Below, piece by piece: positions 43,227 to 53,435 of a stretch of 64,000 nucleotides of DNA (its first letter is position 1; each line of letters starts with the position of its first letter). Under the pieces are notes generated by a model. That model saw only the letters and a program-made list of their open reading frames with translations. It searched no databases and was not told the origin of the DNA. Origin of the DNA: Alphaproteobacteria bacterium. GTDB lineage: Bacteria > Pseudomonadota > Alphaproteobacteria > GCA-2731375. The stretch lies in the NCBI GenBank assembly GCA_965225945.1, contig CBDDBZ010000037.1, positions 160,001 through 224,000 of the forward strand. Direction: 5' to 3'. The position numbers were made by a program, and so were the translations under genes.

Positions 43227-43799
43227 ATGGAGGCATTTCGGCTGAACTTCACCAGCGGCGTGGGGCTGGCGCTGCTGCGCAAACTCGACCGCGAGGATTT
43301 CGAGCTCACGATCGCGCAGGCGATAATCTGGTTTCTGGTCGTCTTCCTGGCGGCCGTCGCCTACGACGCGGTCCTGAGCCTCATGGCGAACACCACGACG
43401 ACGCCCGATGTCGTGGCGACGCTCGCCTATATGGGCGGTTTCGCGCTGGCCTGTCTCGTTGTCGCGCTGCTGGAGCGCGAAGGCGAGGCCTTCGCCGCGC
43501 TCATGGTGGTGACGGGGGCGATCAGCCCGCCGATATTTCTGGCCTCGTTCTGCCTCGAGCTGGCGATGGCGTGGAGCGTATCGGGGATGGGCGATATCGC
43601 CGAGCCGCCGAACCTGGTGGTCGCGGTCGCCTGGATGGCGTTGGCCGTGATTTTCCTCCTCCTCGCCTACTGGGTTCTCCTGGTGCTGTTCCGCGCTATT
43701 CGCTGCGCGCTCGATGTCGACCAGGCCAGGGCGGCGCTGTATCTGATCCTGTACTTGGTCGCTTGCATGCTGCCCGTCTATTTCCTGGCGGCGACATAG
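43227..43799 (+). CDS. Hypothetical membrane protein
   Basis: About five hydrophobic segments; begins immediately after the IS, so the 5' end may be affected. Confidence 0.6.
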   Translation: MEAFRLNFTSGVGLALLRKLDREDFELTIAQAIIWFLVVFLAAVAYDAVLSLMANTTTTPDVVATLAYMGGFALACLVVALLEREGEAFAALMVVTGAISPPIFLASFCLELAMAWSVSGMGDIAEPPNLVVAVAWMALAVIFLLLAYWVLLVLFRAIRCALDVDQARAALYLILYLVACMLPVYFLAAT

Positions 43800-43820
43800 A
43801 CCGGCGGCTGGGCGCGGCGT

Positions 43821-44861
43821 TCAAGACGGCTCGGCGGCCTTCTCGCCCGCTTCGGCGTCGGGGCAGGTGGGACCGACCTCGGAACGCTCGCCGATGCCGG
43901 CCCAGGGCAGAGCGGCGGCCGGGTCCACCTCGGCGCCCGACGGCAGCGCCGCCTCGGGTGCCACGGCCCAGGCGGCGACGTCGCGCCAGACGGTCTCGGC
44001 GCCACAATCGCGTAACAGCATGTGCCAGCCGTCGGGATAGACGGCGAGGCGGGTCGGCGCTTTGAGCGCCGAGCGCAAGGCGTCGATCGGTCCCGGCGGG
44101 ATGATCTCGTCGTGGGCGCCATAGAGCAGCAAGATCGGCGTCTCGACACGTCCCGCCACTACCAGCGCCTCCCCCATGGTCCGGGTCAGGCCGTAGAGCG
44201 CATCGACCCGGGTCTGCTTGATCACCAGGGGATCGCGGCCGAGCCCGCGCAGCATCTCGATGTTGTCGGAGGCGAGGCGGCCGAGGCCCCGCCCGCTCAC
44301 CGCCCCGGCCGGCGTCAGCCGCGTCCAGAGCCAGAGCAGGGCGCGGTAGAGCGGGTTCATCGCCCGCCCGCCCCAGGTCGCCGGCGCCGCCAGGATCAGG
44401 CCGTCCGCCGCCGCCCCGTCGGCCGCCGCCAGCAGCGCCACGGCGCCGCCCATGGAGATGCCGAGCAGGTGCACCGGCAGTCCCGGATGGCGCGCCCGGA
44501 CCAGCGCCACCGCCGTCCCGGCATCAGCCGCGAGCGCCGCCCGCCCGCCCCAGATTCCGGGTTTCGCGGTCTCGCCGAAGCCGCGCTGGTCGAAGGCATA
44601 GGTGGTGATGCCGCGCGCCGCCCACCAGCGGGCCGCCGGCCGGATGGCGCGACGATAGTCGTTGAAGCCGTGCAGCGCGATCAGAATTGCCTCGGGCTTC
44701 TCCGCCTCCCAGACCTCGAGCGGCAGGCGATAGCCGTCGCCGGTCCGGATCGCCCGGGATTCGATCCGGGCTGGCGCCACCTCGGGCCCGAAGGGCTGCA
44801 CCTCGGGCGTGGCGCAGGCGCCGAGCAAGGCCGAGAAGGCGAGGGCGAGCGCCGGTCTCAT
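43821..44861 (-). CDS. Alpha/beta hydrolase (lysophospholipase-like) lipoprotein
   Basis: LGAC lipobox, LHGFNDY, DQRGFG, GISMGG, HDEII and WHMLLRD motifs. Confidence 0.9.
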   Translation of the reverse strand: MRPALALAFSALLGACATPEVQPFGPEVAPARIESRAIRTGDGYRLPLEVWEAEKPEAILIALHGFNDYRRAIRPAARWWAARGITTYAFDQRGFGETAKPGIWGGRAALAADAGTAVALVRARHPGLPVHLLGISMGGAVALLAAADGAAADGLILAAPATWGGRAMNPLYRALLWLWTRLTPAGAVSGRGLGRLASDNIEMLRGLGRDPLVIKQTRVDALYGLTRTMGEALVVAGRVETPILLLYGAHDEIIPPGPIDALRSALKAPTRLAVYPDGWHMLLRDCGAETVWRDVAAWAVAPEAALPSGAEVDPAAALPWAGIGERSEVGPTCPDAEAGEKAAEPS

Positions 44862-45469
44862 TCGCCCGCCCCGATCAGCTCCGCGACCCTGGCACGCAGG
44901 TACGGCAGTACCTCCGCCTCGAACCAGGGATTGCGCTTGGCCCAACCGGTGGTCCGCCAGGAGGGATGCGGCAACGGCAGAAGCTCGGGCCCGTATTGGG
45001 CGAAGCCGCGGACCGTTTCCGTCAGGTTGCGCCGGCGCCGCTTGCCGAGATGCCAGGCCTGGGCGTATTGCCCGACCAGGAGGGTCAGCCGGACTTGCGA
45101 CATCAATTCGGCGAGCTTCGCCTGCCAGGCCGGCGCGCACTCGGGCCGGGGTGCCAGATCGCCGCCGCGCGCGTCCCGCCCCGGGTAGCAGAAGCCCATC
45201 GGCACGATGGCGAAGTTGCGGGTATCGTGGAAGCTGTCGGAATCGACCGCCAGCCATTGCCGCAGACGATCGCCGCTGGCGTCGCTCCAGGGAACGCCGC
45301 TCTCGTGCACCTTGGTGCCGGGCGCCTGGCCGACGATCCGGATCGGCGCCTTGGTCGAGGGGCGCAGCACCGGGCGGGGGCCGAGCGGCAGGGCCTCGGC
45401 GCAGATGCGGCAGGCGGTGATCTCGGCCCACAGCCGGTCCAGCTCTCGATCCTCGTCGTTTGCAACCAT
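44858..45469 (-). CDS. Uracil-DNA glycosylase family protein
   Basis: GQAPG, PWSDASGDRLRQW, PMGFCYPG and PLPHPSWR motifs. Confidence 0.92.
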   Translation of the reverse strand: MVANDEDRELDRLWAEITACRICAEALPLGPRPVLRPSTKAPIRIVGQAPGTKVHESGVPWSDASGDRLRQWLAVDSDSFHDTRNFAIVPMGFCYPGRDARGGDLAPRPECAPAWQAKLAELMSQVRLTLLVGQYAQAWHLGKRRRRNLTETVRGFAQYGPELLPLPHPSWRTTGWAKRNPWFEAEVLPYLRARVAELIGAGE

Positions 45470-45625
45470 GGCCACCCAATCTCGCCTCTCGGCGGGGCGA
45501 GGGCAAGCATCCACAGGCGGGCCGGCGCTTTCGCCGCCGCCTTACCCCTTTGCGGCGCGGTGAATTCGGCCTAGGTTCCGGCCACTTCGCCCGGCGCCGG
45601 CGCCGGGAGCACGGACGAGCGGGAC

Positions 45626-46681
45626 ATGTTGATCCAGAGTGACAAGCTGCGGGACCTGATCGGGACCATGTGCGAGGCCGCCGGCAGCACGGCCGAAGAG
45701 GCGAGCGCGGTCGCCGGGAACCTGGTCGAGGCGAACCTCATGGGCCACGACAGCCACGGCGTCGGCATAGTCGCGCGCTATATCCGCCATGCCCTCGACG
45801 GCCGGCTCAGCGTCGGCGGGCGGGCCAGCGTGGTGAGCGACAACGGCGCCTTCCTGCTGCTCGACGGCAACATGGGCTATGGCCAAACCGTCGGCGCCGA
45901 GGCGATGGAACTGGGCCTCGCCAAGGCGCGCGAACACGGCGTCGCCGTGGTCGGCCTTCGCAACGTGCATCATCTCGGCCGGATCGGCGCCTGGGGGGAG
46001 ATCTGCGCTCGGGCCGGCTTCATCTCGATACACTACGTCAACGCCGACGGCCACGAGCCGATGGTCGCCCCCCATGGCGGCTACGACGCGCGCTATTCGA
46101 CCAACCCCTATTGCACGGCGCTGCCGGAAACGCCGGACAATCCGATGATCGTGCTCGACATGGCGACCAGCCGGATCGCCCAGGGCAAGGTCCGCGTCGC
46201 CTATTACAAGGGCACCGAATTGCCCGAAGGCACCGCGCTCGACGCCGAGGGCCGGCCGACTCGCGATCCGGGCGTCATGTTCGCCGAGCCGCCGGGCGCC
46301 ATGCTGTCCTTCGGCGAGCACAAGGGCTACGGCCTGGCGCTGATCTGCGAGGTGTTGGCCGGCGCGCTGACCGGCGGCGGCACCGCCCGGCCGGAGCAAC
46401 ATGGCGGCGACACCATCCGCAACCACATGCTGACCATCATCCTCGACCCCTCGGGCTTTCGCGACGACATCGCCTTCCACGCCGAGATCGACCAGCTACA
46501 GAAATGGGTGAAGTCGTCCCGCGCGCGCCCGGGCGTGGAGGCGGTGCTGGTGCCGGGCGATCCGGAGCGGATCAGCACCGAAGCCCGACTCAGGGACGGC
46601 GTCGAGATCGACGAGGGCACTTGGAACGAGATCGTCGAATGCGGCCTGGGCCTGGGCATGAACCGGGTGGCGTTCGAATAG
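45626..46681 (+). CDS. Ldh_2 family (malate/lactate/ureidoglycolate) dehydrogenase
   Basis: GHDSHG, HHLGRIG, STNP, LDMATS and HKGYGL motifs. Confidence 0.92.
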   Translation: MLIQSDKLRDLIGTMCEAAGSTAEEASAVAGNLVEANLMGHDSHGVGIVARYIRHALDGRLSVGGRASVVSDNGAFLLLDGNMGYGQTVGAEAMELGLAKAREHGVAVVGLRNVHHLGRIGAWGEICARAGFISIHYVNADGHEPMVAPHGGYDARYSTNPYCTALPETPDNPMIVLDMATSRIAQGKVRVAYYKGTELPEGTALDAEGRPTRDPGVMFAEPPGAMLSFGEHKGYGLALICEVLAGALTGGGTARPEQHGGDTIRNHMLTIILDPSGFRDDIAFHAEIDQLQKWVKSSRARPGVEAVLVPGDPERISTEARLRDGVEIDEGTWNEIVECGLGLGMNRVAFE

Positions 46682-46722
46682 CGGCGCGCCGGCGGATCGG
46701 GCCGGGTGCCGTGCCCTCGCCC

Positions 46723-47760
46723 ATGACCCGGCGTCAGGCGGCGGCGCTGCTCGCCTATTTCGCCATCCTGAGCCTGCTGCCGGGGCTTTTTCTGCCGGTG
46801 CTGGAGGTCAGCCGCTTCGGCGGCATCACCGAGTATTCGATCCTCGACGGGATCGTCGCGTTGTGGCGCGGCGGCAACCTGGGCGTCGCGCTGGTGATCC
46901 TGGTGTTCAGCGTGATATTTCCGCTGGCCAAGCTCGCGGCGATCCTGTTCGCGAGCCTCGGGCCCGAGCACTCAGCCGGCCGGCGCCGTCTCGCCGGGCT
47001 CGCCTTGACGCTCGGCAAGTATTCCATGTTGGATGTCTTCGTCGTCGCCTTGCTGATCCTGGTCTTCAAGCTCGGCGGCATGATCGAGGCGCGGGTCGCG
47101 GGTGGGCTCTATCTCTTCGTCCTGGCGATCGCGCTCACCACGCTTGCCAACCTGCTCGTGGTGACCGGCGGAGGGCGCGACGTGACAGACCAACCGACGG
47201 CGGAGGACGACGCGGCGGGTCGCGGCGTTCTCGCCCGCGTGGTGGTGCTGGTTCTGGCGCCGGTGGTGCTGGTCGCGATCGGTCTCGCCGTCTACCTGTC
47301 GGCCTCGCCCGGCACCGTCTCCGAGATCTTCATCCAGCGCCTGCCGGGAATCGATATCCAGATCGTCGGCCTACCCGACGCGCCGGACTACCTGCTCGAG
47401 CTCCGGCTTTCCACGGGCGATTCCCATCGTACGGCGAGCAAGGTCGACACGCCGATCGGCAACGGCATTCTCTTCCGGGTGCCGGAGATGGAGATCGCCT
47501 TGCTGGACGAGATCGCGCTGTTCGACGACAACTCGGTTACCGTTTCCGGCCTCGAGCTCCGCGTGTTGCCGGACGAGATCGTCGACCGGGTGATCATCGG
47601 CGCCGAGCGGGTGGCGGAAGGCCAGAAGATGCGCTTCGAGCTGCGCGGCGCCGAGGACCCGGCCCGCGCGATCGGCCTGGTGATCGCGGGTGCCGGCGGT
47701 CTCTGGCTCGCGATCGGCCTGGCGGTGCTGCTGCTGGGCCTGGCGCGAACGCGAACTTGA
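46723..47760 (+). CDS. PqiA-like membrane protein with C-terminal extension
   Basis: YSILDGIVALW, VFSVIFPLAKL and GKYSMLDVFVVALL motifs. Confidence 0.8.
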   Translation: MTRRQAAALLAYFAILSLLPGLFLPVLEVSRFGGITEYSILDGIVALWRGGNLGVALVILVFSVIFPLAKLAAILFASLGPEHSAGRRRLAGLALTLGKYSMLDVFVVALLILVFKLGGMIEARVAGGLYLFVLAIALTTLANLLVVTGGGRDVTDQPTAEDDAAGRGVLARVVVLVLAPVVLVAIGLAVYLSASPGTVSEIFIQRLPGIDIQIVGLPDAPDYLLELRLSTGDSHRTASKVDTPIGNGILFRVPEMEIALLDEIALFDDNSVTVSGLELRVLPDEIVDRVIIGAERVAEGQKMRFELRGAEDPARAIGLVIAGAGGLWLAIGLAVLLLGLARTRT

Positions 47761-47805
47761 CAGCGGATCGGCCGGCCCCCTAGATGTTCGGGCTTCCGAC
47801 GCCAA

Positions 47806-47896
47806 GGAGGGTTGGCCGAGTGGCTTAAGGCGCGCGACTGCTAATCGCGTGGGTGTGAATAACGCCTCGTGGGTTCGAATCCCACACCCTCCGCCA
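47806..47896 (+). tRNA. tRNA-Ser(GCT)
   Basis: Acceptor GGAGGGT/ACCCTCC-G-CCA, anticodon arm CGCGA-CTGCTAA-TCGCG, long variable arm, GGTTCGAATCC T-loop. Confidence 0.93.
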
Positions 47897-47953
47897 GCGA
47901 ACCGGTCGTTGTTGTTGAGCGATTATCTCCAATACGAGACCCCGATACGCCAA

Positions 47954-48826
47954 ATGGCCACCATGAACCCACCCGATCGTCTGCGTGCCTTGTTGTCCGC
48001 GCCCGATTTCGTCGTGATGCCCGCCGTGTGGGATGGCTTGAGCGCCAAGCTCGCGGCCGGCGCCGGCTTCGAGACCGCCTTCCTCTCGGGGTCCTGCGTC
48101 GCGGCGAGCCGGATCGGGGGACCGGACCTCGACCTGATCTCGTTCGGCGAGATGTTCGACTCCTTCACCATGGTGCGCGGCGCGGCACCGGAGATGTTGG
48201 TGCTGGCCGACGGCGATCATGGTCACGGCAACGCCATGAACGTACAGCGCACGGTGCGGGCTTATGGCCGCGCGGGCGCCGCCGGCGTGCTGATCGAGGA
48301 CAAGATCACGCCGCGCGCCCTGACGGCCGCCGGCAAGCCCTGCGTGGCGCGCGAGGAAGCGCGGATGAAAATCCGCGCAGGCGTCGAAGCGGCGAAGGAC
48401 TCGGGCATCCTGATCCTGGCGCGCACCGATTGCCGGCCGACCCAGGGCATCGACGAAGCGGTGGCGCGGATCGAGATGTATGTGGAGGAGGGGGCCGACA
48501 TCTTGTTCCTGGACTCGCCGGGCGACGAGGACGAAATCCGCCGCGCCGTCGCCGCCGCCCAGGGACGGCCGTCCTTCGTCGTGCTTTCCCCGGGGGCGCC
48601 CAGGGCGACACCGTCGCAAGCCGAGGCGGCCGCGCTGGGCTTCAATCTCGGCACCTATCCGACGAACATGCTCTCGCCGGCGATCGCGGGCATGAAGGCC
48701 GGACTGGCCGCGCTGAACGCCGGGGAAGCCGAGGCGGCGAGCGCGCTGCCCTCGGCGGAACTGCGCGCGACCTTGGGCTATGCGGATTACGACGCCGAGG
48801 GCGCGCGCTTCATCGCTGGCGATTGA
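47954..48826 (+). CDS. Isocitrate lyase / PEP mutase family protein
   Basis: WDGLSA, ADGDHGHGN, LIEDK, ARTD and GAD motifs. Confidence 0.9.
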   Translation: MATMNPPDRLRALLSAPDFVVMPAVWDGLSAKLAAGAGFETAFLSGSCVAASRIGGPDLDLISFGEMFDSFTMVRGAAPEMLVLADGDHGHGNAMNVQRTVRAYGRAGAAGVLIEDKITPRALTAAGKPCVAREEARMKIRAGVEAAKDSGILILARTDCRPTQGIDEAVARIEMYVEEGADILFLDSPGDEDEIRRAVAAAQGRPSFVVLSPGAPRATPSQAEAAALGFNLGTYPTNMLSPAIAGMKAGLAALNAGEAEAASALPSAELRATLGYADYDAEGARFIAGD

Positions 48827-48884
48827 TCACGCCCATCCGGCGCGCTCGAGGTTCATGTCCATTGGCAGGGGCGAGTAGGGCAAC

Positions 48885-51662
48885 TCAGGTCGTCTCGTCG
48901 CGCGGCGAGTCGCCGCCATCCTCGCCGCCATCCTCGCCGCCATCCTCGCCCCCATCCTCGCCCAAGTCGCCGGCCTCGCCGTCGCCCGCCGCGTCCCCGG
49001 CCGGCTCGCTCCGCCGGGCGACGGAGACCACGTGTTCGTCCTCGGCGGTATCGAACAGCGTGACGCCCTGAGTGTTACGGCCGGCGATGCGGATGTCGTC
49101 GACCGGGCAGCGGATGATCTTGCCCCCGTCGGTCACCAGCATGATCTGGTCGTGGGCCTCGATCGCGAAGGTGGCGACCACCGGGCCGTTGCGGTCCGAG
49201 GTCTCGATGTTGATGATCCCCTGTCCGCCCCGATTGGTGATCCGGTACTCGTAGGCCGAGGTCCGCTTGCCGTAGCCGTTCTCGGTGATCGCCAGGACGA
49301 ACTGTTCGGCCGCCGCCAGTTCCTCCGCGTCGACCGGCATCGCCGGCAACTCGCCGTTGCCGTTCTCGCCCGCTTCCGCCCTGCGCTTGGCGTTGGCCCA
49401 GCGGAGATAGGCGTCACGCGCGCCGGTGTCGATCTCGCGGTGGCGCAGCACCGCCATCGAGATCACCCGGTCGCTCCGGCCGAGCCGTATGCCCCGCACG
49501 CCGACCGAATCGCGGCCCCGGAAGACCCGGACGTCGATCACGGGGAAGCGGATGCACTTGCCGCCCTGGGCCGAGAGCAACATGTCGTCGCGCTCGGTGC
49601 AGAGGCGGACGTTGACGATTTTGTCGCCCTCGTTGAGCTTCATCGCGATCTTGCCGTTGGACGGCACGTTGGCGAAGTCGGCCATCTCGTTGCGGCGCAC
49701 GTAGCCCGACGCGGTGGCGAACATGACGTAGAGGTTGCGCCACTCCGCCTCGTCCTCGGGCAGCGGTAGGATGGTGTGGATGGTCTCGCCCGGGGCCAGC
49801 GGCAGCAGGTTGACCATGGCCTTGCCGCGGGCCTGCGGCGTCGCCTGCGGCAGGCGGTAGACCTTGAGCCGATAGACCAGGCCGAGGGAAGAGAAGAACA
49901 GCACCGGCGTGTGCGTCGAGGTGACGAAGACCTTGGAGACGAAATCCTCGTCCCGCGTCGACATGCCGGCGCGACCCTTGCCGCCGCGCCGCTGCGGCCG
50001 GTAGGTGTCGAGCGCCACGCGCTTGATGTAACCGTTGTGGCTGACCGTCACCACCATCTCCTCGCGGCGGATCAGGTCCTCGTCGTCGCTCTCGAACTCC
50101 TGCTCCAGGATTTCGGTACGGCGCGGCGTCGCGAAGGCTTCGCGAACCGTCGTCAGCTCGTCGCGGATGATCGCGGTCAACCGCTCCCGGCTCGCCAGGA
50201 TCTCCAGATAGTCGCCGATCTGCTCGCCGAGGCTGGAAAGCTCCTCGCCGATCTCCTCCTGGCCCAGCGCCGTCAACCGCTGCAGGCGCAATTCGAGGAT
50301 GGCGCGCGCCTGCGTTTCCGACAGGCGATAGCGGCCGTCCACCACCTTGTGCGAGGGATCGTCGATCAGACCGATCATCTCGGCGACCTCGGCCGCCGAC
50401 CAGTCCCTGGCCATCAGCTCGGCCCGCGCGGTTCCCGGGTCGGGCGCCGCGCGGATCAGCGCGATCACCTGGTCGATGTTGTCGACGGCGATCGCCAGGC
50501 CGGCCAGCACATGGGCCCGCTCCCTGGCCCTGGTCAGCAGGTGCTTGATCCGCCGGGTCACCACCTCCGTGCGGAAGTCGACGAACGCGACGATCAGGCG
50601 CCGCAGGTCCAGCAGCTCCGGCCTGCCGCCGGTCAGCGCCAGCATGTTGACGCCGAAGCTGGTCTGCAGCGGGGTGAAGCGGAAGAGCTGGTTCAGCACC
50701 ACCTCGGCCATGGCCTCGCGCTTGAGCTCGATCACCACGCGCACGCCGTGCCGGTCGCTCTCGTCGCGCAGGTCGGAGATGCCCTCGATCCGCTTCGAGC
50801 GATGCGCCTCGGCTATCTTCTCGACCATGGTCGACTTGTTCACCTGGAAGGGTACCTCGGTGACGATGATCGCCTCGCGGTCCTTGCGGATGGTCTCGAC
50901 ATGGGTGCGCGCGCGCATGATCACCGAGCCGCGGCCGGTGTGAAAGGCGCTGCGAATGCCGGCCCGCCCGAGAATCATGGCGCCGGTCGGGAAGTCCGGC
51001 CCCTGCACTCGGGCCATCAGGTCCTCGACCGAGACCCCGGGGTTGGCCAGATAGTCGAGGCAGGCGTCGACCACCTCGCCCAAATTGTGCGGCGGAATGT
51101 TGGTCGCCATGCCGACCGCGATCCCGCCGGCGCCGTTCACCAGCAGGTTCGGAAACTCGGCCGGCAGGACCACCGGCTCGCGGGCGGAATCGTCGTAGTT
51201 GGTCTGGAAGTCGACGGTGTCCTTGTCGATGTCGCTCAACAGGGCCTCGGCCGGCTTGGCGAGACGGACCTCGGTGTAGCGCATGGCGGCGGCGGGATCG
51301 CCGTCCATCGAGCCGAAGTTGCCTTGCCCATCGATCAGCTCGAGCCGCATCGAGAAGGGCTGCGCCATGCGGACCATGGCGTCGTAGATCGCGCTGTCGC
51401 CGTGCGGGTGGTACTTGCCCATGACGTCGCCGACGATGCGGGCCGACTTGCGATAGGGCTTGTCGGAGCCATAGCCACTTTCATGCATCGCGTAGAGGAT
51501 GCGCCGGTGCACCGGCTTCAGCCCGTCCCTGGCGTCCGGCAGCGCCCGGGAGACGATGACGCTCATCGCATAGTCGAGATAGGAACGCCGCATCTCGTCC
51601 TCGAGGGCGAGAGGGATGACGTTGGGCTCGCTCGGCGGCGGCGTCGTGGTCTCGTCGGTCAC
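48885..51662 (-). CDS. gyrA: DNA gyrase subunit A
   Basis: [28 protein letters not shown] and GyrA-box QRRGGKG; GTG start at 51662 inferred. Confidence 0.97.
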   Translation of the reverse strand: MTDETTTPPPSEPNVIPLALEDEMRRSYLDYAMSVIVSRALPDARDGLKPVHRRILYAMHESGYGSDKPYRKSARIVGDVMGKYHPHGDSAIYDAMVRMAQPFSMRLELIDGQGNFGSMDGDPAAAMRYTEVRLAKPAEALLSDIDKDTVDFQTNYDDSAREPVVLPAEFPNLLVNGAGGIAVGMATNIPPHNLGEVVDACLDYLANPGVSVEDLMARVQGPDFPTGAMILGRAGIRSAFHTGRGSVIMRARTHVETIRKDREAIIVTEVPFQVNKSTMVEKIAEAHRSKRIEGISDLRDESDRHGVRVVIELKREAMAEVVLNQLFRFTPLQTSFGVNMLALTGGRPELLDLRRLIVAFVDFRTEVVTRRIKHLLTRARERAHVLAGLAIAVDNIDQVIALIRAAPDPGTARAELMARDWSAAEVAEMIGLIDDPSHKVVDGRYRLSETQARAILELRLQRLTALGQEEIGEELSSLGEQIGDYLEILASRERLTAIIRDELTTVREAFATPRRTEILEQEFESDDEDLIRREEMVVTVSHNGYIKRVALDTYRPQRRGGKGRAGMSTRDEDFVSKVFVTSTHTPVLFFSSLGLVYRLKVYRLPQATPQARGKAMVNLLPLAPGETIHTILPLPEDEAEWRNLYVMFATASGYVRRNEMADFANVPSNGKIAMKLNEGDKIVNVRLCTERDDMLLSAQGGKCIRFPVIDVRVFRGRDSVGVRGIRLGRSDRVISMAVLRHREIDTGARDAYLRWANAKRRAEAGENGNGELPAMPVDAEELAAAEQFVLAITENGYGKRTSAYEYRITNRGGQGIINIETSDRNGPVVATFAIEAHDQIMLVTDGGKIIRCPVDDIRIAGRNTQGVTLFDTAEDEHVVSVARRSEPAGDAAGDGEAGDLGEDGGEDGGEDGGEDGGDSPRDETT
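48911..48962 (-). repeat. 12-bp tandem repeat encoding the (GGED)n acidic tail of GyrA
   Basis: CGCCGCCATCCT unit repeated about four times, last copy imperfect. Confidence 0.85.
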
Positions 51663-51668
51663 GGCCGG

Positions 51669-51718
51669 TGTCTCGATTCCGCTGTCTCGAGGCTGATGTC
51701 TCGAGTTTGGTGTCTCGA
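51669..51718. repeat. Four TGTCTCGA octamers with exact 14-bp period upstream of gyrA
   Basis: Copies start at 51669, 51683, 51697 and 51711. Confidence 0.85.
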
Positions 51719-51733
51719 ATGACGTTCTGGGGT

Positions 51734-51782
51734 GTACTAGATGTTGTGGAACCGTGGGGCGGATGCCCACTTCATCTAGCGC
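51734..51782. promoter_or_regulatory. Paired NrdR-box-like sites upstream of gyrA
   Basis: 51734-51749 reads CCACAACATCTAGTAC on the minus strand with a full CwAnATnTwG core; 51767-51782 CCACTTCATCTAGCGC has one core mismatch; 33 bp apart. Confidence 0.55.
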
Positions 51783-52068
51783 GTGAACGCTGCCATGAAG
51801 CTAGCATCTTTCAGCCCCCGGAACAACGCACCGAGGGCATCGAAATGCATCCGATTTGGCGGAGTTTTCCGGGAATTTTCGCTCCTCCGCGACGCCGCGC
51901 GGAGCCGCCGATGGTGCCCTCGGATTGGACAATGCTATAAGCGATCGCGGAAAGGTCGGCGAAAGGCGGCGCGAGGGGGAGAGGGGCCATGAACAGAACA
52001 GTCGCGCTTCCAGCGGCCTTCGCCACGGTCATGCCGGCCGCCGGCCGGTGTTAGAGCATGATCCCACC

Positions 52069-53391
52069 ATGATCCCCCGCTATTCGCGGCCCGAGATGAC
52101 GGCGCTCTGGGCGCCCGAGGCCAGGTTTCGAATCTGGTTCGAGATCGAGGCCCATGCCTGCGACGCGCAAGCCGAATTGGGCGTGATCCCACGCGAGGCG
52201 GCCGAGGCGGTCTGGCAACGCGGCGCGTTCGAGGTCGCGCGGATCGACGCGATCGAGGCGGAGGTGAAGCACGACGTCATCGCCTTCCTCACCAACCTCG
52301 CCGAGCACGTCGGCCCCGAGGCCCGCTTCGTGCATCAGGGCATGACCTCGTCCGACGTGCTGGACACCTGCTTCAACCTGCAACTGGTCCGCGCCGCCGA
52401 CATTCTACTGGCCGACCTCGATGCGCTGCTCCAGGCCTTGGAGAGGCGCGCGCGGGAGCACAAGACCACGCCCTGCATCGGCCGCAGCCACGCCATCCAC
52501 GCCGAGCCCACCACCTTCGGCCTGAAGCTGGCGCAGGCCTACGCGGAATTCGCCCGCAACCGCGTGCGGCTGGAGGCGGCGCGCGAAGAGGTGGCGACCT
52601 GCGCGCTCTCCGGCGCCGTCGGCACCTTTGCCGGGATCGACCCCCGGGTGGAGGCGCATGTGGCCGGGAAGCTCGGCCTCCGGGCGGAGCCGATCTCGAG
52701 CCAAGTGATCCCGCGCGACCGCCATGCGATGTATTTCGCCACGCTGGCCGTGGTGGCCTCCTCGATCGAGCGGCTGGCGGTGGAGCTCCGCCACCTGCAG
52801 CGGACCGAGGTGGGGGAGGCCGAGGAGTTCTTCGCGGAGGGCCAGAAAGGCTCCAGCGCCATGCCGCACAAGCGCAATCCGGTGCTGAGCGAGAACCTGA
52901 CCGGGCTCGCCCGCATGGTCCGGGCCTATGCGCTGCCGGCCTTGGAGAACGTGGCGCTGTGGCACGAGCGGGACATCTCGCACTCCAGCGTCGAGCGGAT
53001 GATCGGCCCCGACGCTACGGTGACGCTGGATTTCGCGCTTTCGCGCCTGGCCGGGGTGATCGAGCGCCTGGTGGTCTATCCCGAGAACATGGCACGGAAC
53101 ATGGACAGGTTGGGCGGCCTGATCCACAGCCAGGCGGTGCTGCTGGCGCTGACGCAAGCCGGCATGAGCCGCGAAGCGGCCTACGCCCTGGTGCAGAAGA
53201 ACGCCACGGCGGTCTCGCGCGAGGGCGGGAGTTTCCTCGAACGCCTGAAGGCGGATGCGGAGGTGGCGACGCTGCTGGATGCGGCGAGGCTGGAGGGCTT
53301 GTTCGATCTGGCGCCGCATCTGCGGCATGTCGACGATATTTTCGAGCGGGTGTTCGGGAGTAGCGAGGGGTCGCTCGGTAAGTCCGCGTGA
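52069..53391 (+). CDS. purB: Adenylosuccinate lyase
   Basis: MIPRYSR, KHDVIAF, GMTSSD, GSSAMPHKRNP and WHERDISHSSVER motifs. Confidence 0.97.
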   Translation: MIPRYSRPEMTALWAPEARFRIWFEIEAHACDAQAELGVIPREAAEAVWQRGAFEVARIDAIEAEVKHDVIAFLTNLAEHVGPEARFVHQGMTSSDVLDTCFNLQLVRAADILLADLDALLQALERRAREHKTTPCIGRSHAIHAEPTTFGLKLAQAYAEFARNRVRLEAAREEVATCALSGAVGTFAGIDPRVEAHVAGKLGLRAEPISSQVIPRDRHAMYFATLAVVASSIERLAVELRHLQRTEVGEAEEFFAEGQKGSSAMPHKRNPVLSENLTGLARMVRAYALPALENVALWHERDISHSSVERMIGPDATVTLDFALSRLAGVIERLVVYPENMARNMDRLGGLIHSQAVLLALTQAGMSREAAYALVQKNATAVSREGGSFLERLKADAEVATLLDAARLEGLFDLAPHLRHVDDIFERVFGSSEGSLGKSA

Positions 53392-53435
53392 TCGATCGGT
53401 CCGAGCCGTAAGCGACGGCCGCGCCCGGCGCTCCC

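Noticed and set aside
47778-47793. CTAGATGTTC upstream of tRNA-Ser as another NrdR box
   Set aside because: The core G is missing and there is no partner box; more likely the promoter -10 region.
51390-51410. Quinolone-resistance substitution in the GyrA QRDR
   Set aside because: The sequence is HGDSAIYD, with the usual Ser and Asp at the positions equivalent to E. coli 83 and 87.
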